DNA of 57,827 nucleotides from Rotaria socialis (lineage: Eukaryota): the NCBI GenBank assembly GCA_905331295.1, contig CAJNYD010000066.1, positions 1 to 57,827 on the forward strand, in the 5' to 3' direction. Of the stretch, positions 55,684 to 57,827 are shown piece after piece; the stretch's first letter is position 1; each line of letters opens with the position of its first letter. The notes beneath the pieces were generated by a model. That model was given only the letters and a program-made list of their open reading frames with translations, ran no database searches and was not told the origin of the DNA. A program made the position numbers and the translations under genes.

Positions 55684-56389
55684 TTGAATGAAACTCATTT
55701 ACCTGACAACAAGACCGAGCGTCTTCCTGGTCTCTTACCTTTTGTACCGGACAAGTCTGTGCTGTTTAGTGATAATATCGCCTATGAACTCGGACTTTCG
55801 AACGGCACTCAATGCATTTTTCGAGAGCTCATATATGATGATCACGGGGATTTGGGTAGTTTGAAAGTGAAGAGCGATGTATTTCCCTCAAATACGATCT
55901 ATATACGTAAACCATTGTACGCCCTCGTGGAAATCAATACATCACAAGTGGAAGCAGACCTCGATGGTCTTACTCCAAAACTAATCCCTATTCCACTGGT
56001 AAAAAGACAGTTTACCGTTTCCATCAAGCAACTCTTCGGTCCACTATGTCAGCGTGTGAAACGTGGAAAAAAAGATACCAGAAACGATTCGAATAACAAG
56101 AACGCAATTACCAATCGTGCCTACTTTCGCAATAGCTACTTACAAGGCGCAAGGACTTACGATGAATAAAATTGTGGTCGACCTTCGAGTTCCACTTGGA
56201 ACAATGCAAGTAGCATCAATATATGTACCACTCAGTAGAGTGAAGAAAGCAGAGGATGTCGCCATTCTGCGACCTTTCGACATGAAAGTTCGACAAAGAA
56301 GACCATCTCTTGCGCAAGATGCTGAACTAAAACATCTAGACGAACCTAACAGAAAGACACAGCAGGAGTGTGCCTCTTTTTCTTTTTGA
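55684..56389 (+). pseudogene. C-terminal fragment of a Helitron/Helentron-type PIF1 (SF1B) helicase, frameshifted
   Basis: LPGLLPFV...NIAYELGLSNGTQ (2B-like region); RTQLPIVPTFAIATYKAQGLTM (motif V); YVPLSRV (motif VI). Frameshift in the A-run near 56067-56074; no N-terminal motifs. Confidence 0.88.
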
Positions 56390-57353
56390 AATTTTAATTA
56401 ATAAATAGTTTGTTGGCAGTTCAGAAAGAGAATTTTTACGAGAAAGAGTTGAGCGAGTCCTCGGACGAGCGTTACTTGTAAAATAACATCGATTATGAAT
56501 ACATATGGTTTTACCTTTTTGTTACATGTAAGGTTTGAATGTGTTCATGTTTCTTGAAAATTATAACACTGTTCACTTGACAGGGAAATGATTGGAAACT
56601 CTTATAGTCAATTCAAATCATTCAATTGAACTGTGTTTTCAATATTTAGATCGGTATATATTTCTAAAACTCGAACACAAAAATGAATTCATTTTCTAAA
56701 CACTAGAAAACTTACCAGTAACACTTTTCCTACGAAAATTGTTCACCATTGAATTAAAAAATTCTCAAATGACACCAAAAGGAACATTTGTGTTACAATG
56801 CACAGTTTTTCTTGTTAATTCAACCTCAGCATGGAAATTACCCTATCAATGCTGCTTTAACTTTAGCGGCAAATGTGTATCAATACTATTCTCTACGTTT
56901 AACTTTAAATGACTTAATGAAATTTATCTTGCGAACGTGCATTCGCTCCTATAGAACCATACCGGATTTCGCTTTCGTCATGTTTGTTTCAATTCTCGCT
57001 AGAACTATATCGGTTAATCAGCCTCACGACCTTCACTGCATTTAAATCAAAGTAAATTAGCATAAGCAATCTCATTTCCCGTCGCCCACATCTCTATATA
57101 TATATATTATTTCTTTATACATTGTACACTGTTACATCTCTGTCTAATCACTTGACATATCTACAATTGTCACGTTAATGACTAACTTCTTCTTAAAAAA
57201 ACGATGATACAACTAGCATCTATTAAATTGATCAAAGTTATAAAAATACCAAAAGTGCATTTTCTGAACGCCATTCAACGAAAAACACAGCAATTAAATG
57301 TTAATAATCTACCAATTCAACGTACTTACTCATTTTAGCAGCTTCGATCGGTT

Positions 57354-57394
57354 ATTCATCGCACTCTCAGTGCGATGAATTACCCGGCATCTAG
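57354..57394 (+). mobile_element. Helitron-like 3' terminus (hairpin + CTAG)
   Basis: Perfect 12-bp stem attcatcgcact-ctc-agtgcgatgaat, a 10-nt spacer, then CTAG at 57391-57394. Confidence 0.6.
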
Positions 57395-57665
57395 CATTCG
57401 TCATCGAACACAAAACTAACCCTACACTTCCGAAAAACCCATCATCAGGTTCCCGAAACAACAGGGAACCACTATATTCCCTATCAAAATAGCATTAAAG
57501 AGAACCACTTGCCACTTCTCGCTGACCAAGTCCTGAAAACCAGTCTGACCGGGGGAAAATGATTTTCCCCTGCAAAACCAGTTTCTTACATTGGAATATA
57601 CACATTCAAACACACGCCCTCCCAAATCCCAGATACCCCAAATGTATCTTTAATCCATCATTTAA

Positions 57666-57827
57666 ATGTTGTGCTCCTTTGTCTCCGATTTGATTGTTTT
57701 CAAGATTAAGTGTGGTGAGTGTCTGTGATAAAAAGTGGAGATGGTTAAATGAGATAGATGAGTAGAGAATGAGGGTCACGGTGTTGTGTTGTAATTCATC
57801 ATCGAGATGTTGTGCTCCTTTGTCTCC
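57666..57827. repeat. Start of a ~141-bp tandem repeat; unit also present inverted at 54694-54785
   Basis: atgttgtgctcctttgtctcc occurs at 57666 and 57807. 57681-57772 is the near-exact reverse complement of 54694-54785. Confidence 0.7.

Overview
AT-rich (roughly 30% GC by eye) eukaryotic genomic DNA with many short GT-AG introns, most consistent with a bdelloid rotifer scaffold (inferred from gene style and repeats, not proven). The first ~43.5 kb is gene-dense: the 3' end of an IAP-like gene with a decayed RING, a p24/TMED protein, a divergent TGF-beta ligand, a group I metabotropic glutamate receptor, an uncharacterised HAD-like protein, beta-ureidopropionase (UPB1), an NPC2/ML protein, a ~15 kb RAPGEF2/6 (PDZ-GEF) gene and SRF. 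An intron-containing gene for a bacterial-type PnuC vitamin/nicotinamide-riboside transporter lies antisense inside a RAPGEF intron; it is the strongest horizontal-transfer candidate here. The last ~14 kb is a transposon-rich block with an assembly gap. It holds LRR gene exons, hAT-like elements (one 5.7 kb span bounded by an 8-bp duplication), an element with (TGTGGG)n-rich ends, a degenerate ORF that may be retroelement-derived, and Helitron/Helentron remnants. All gene models were spliced by eye and no database searches were run.
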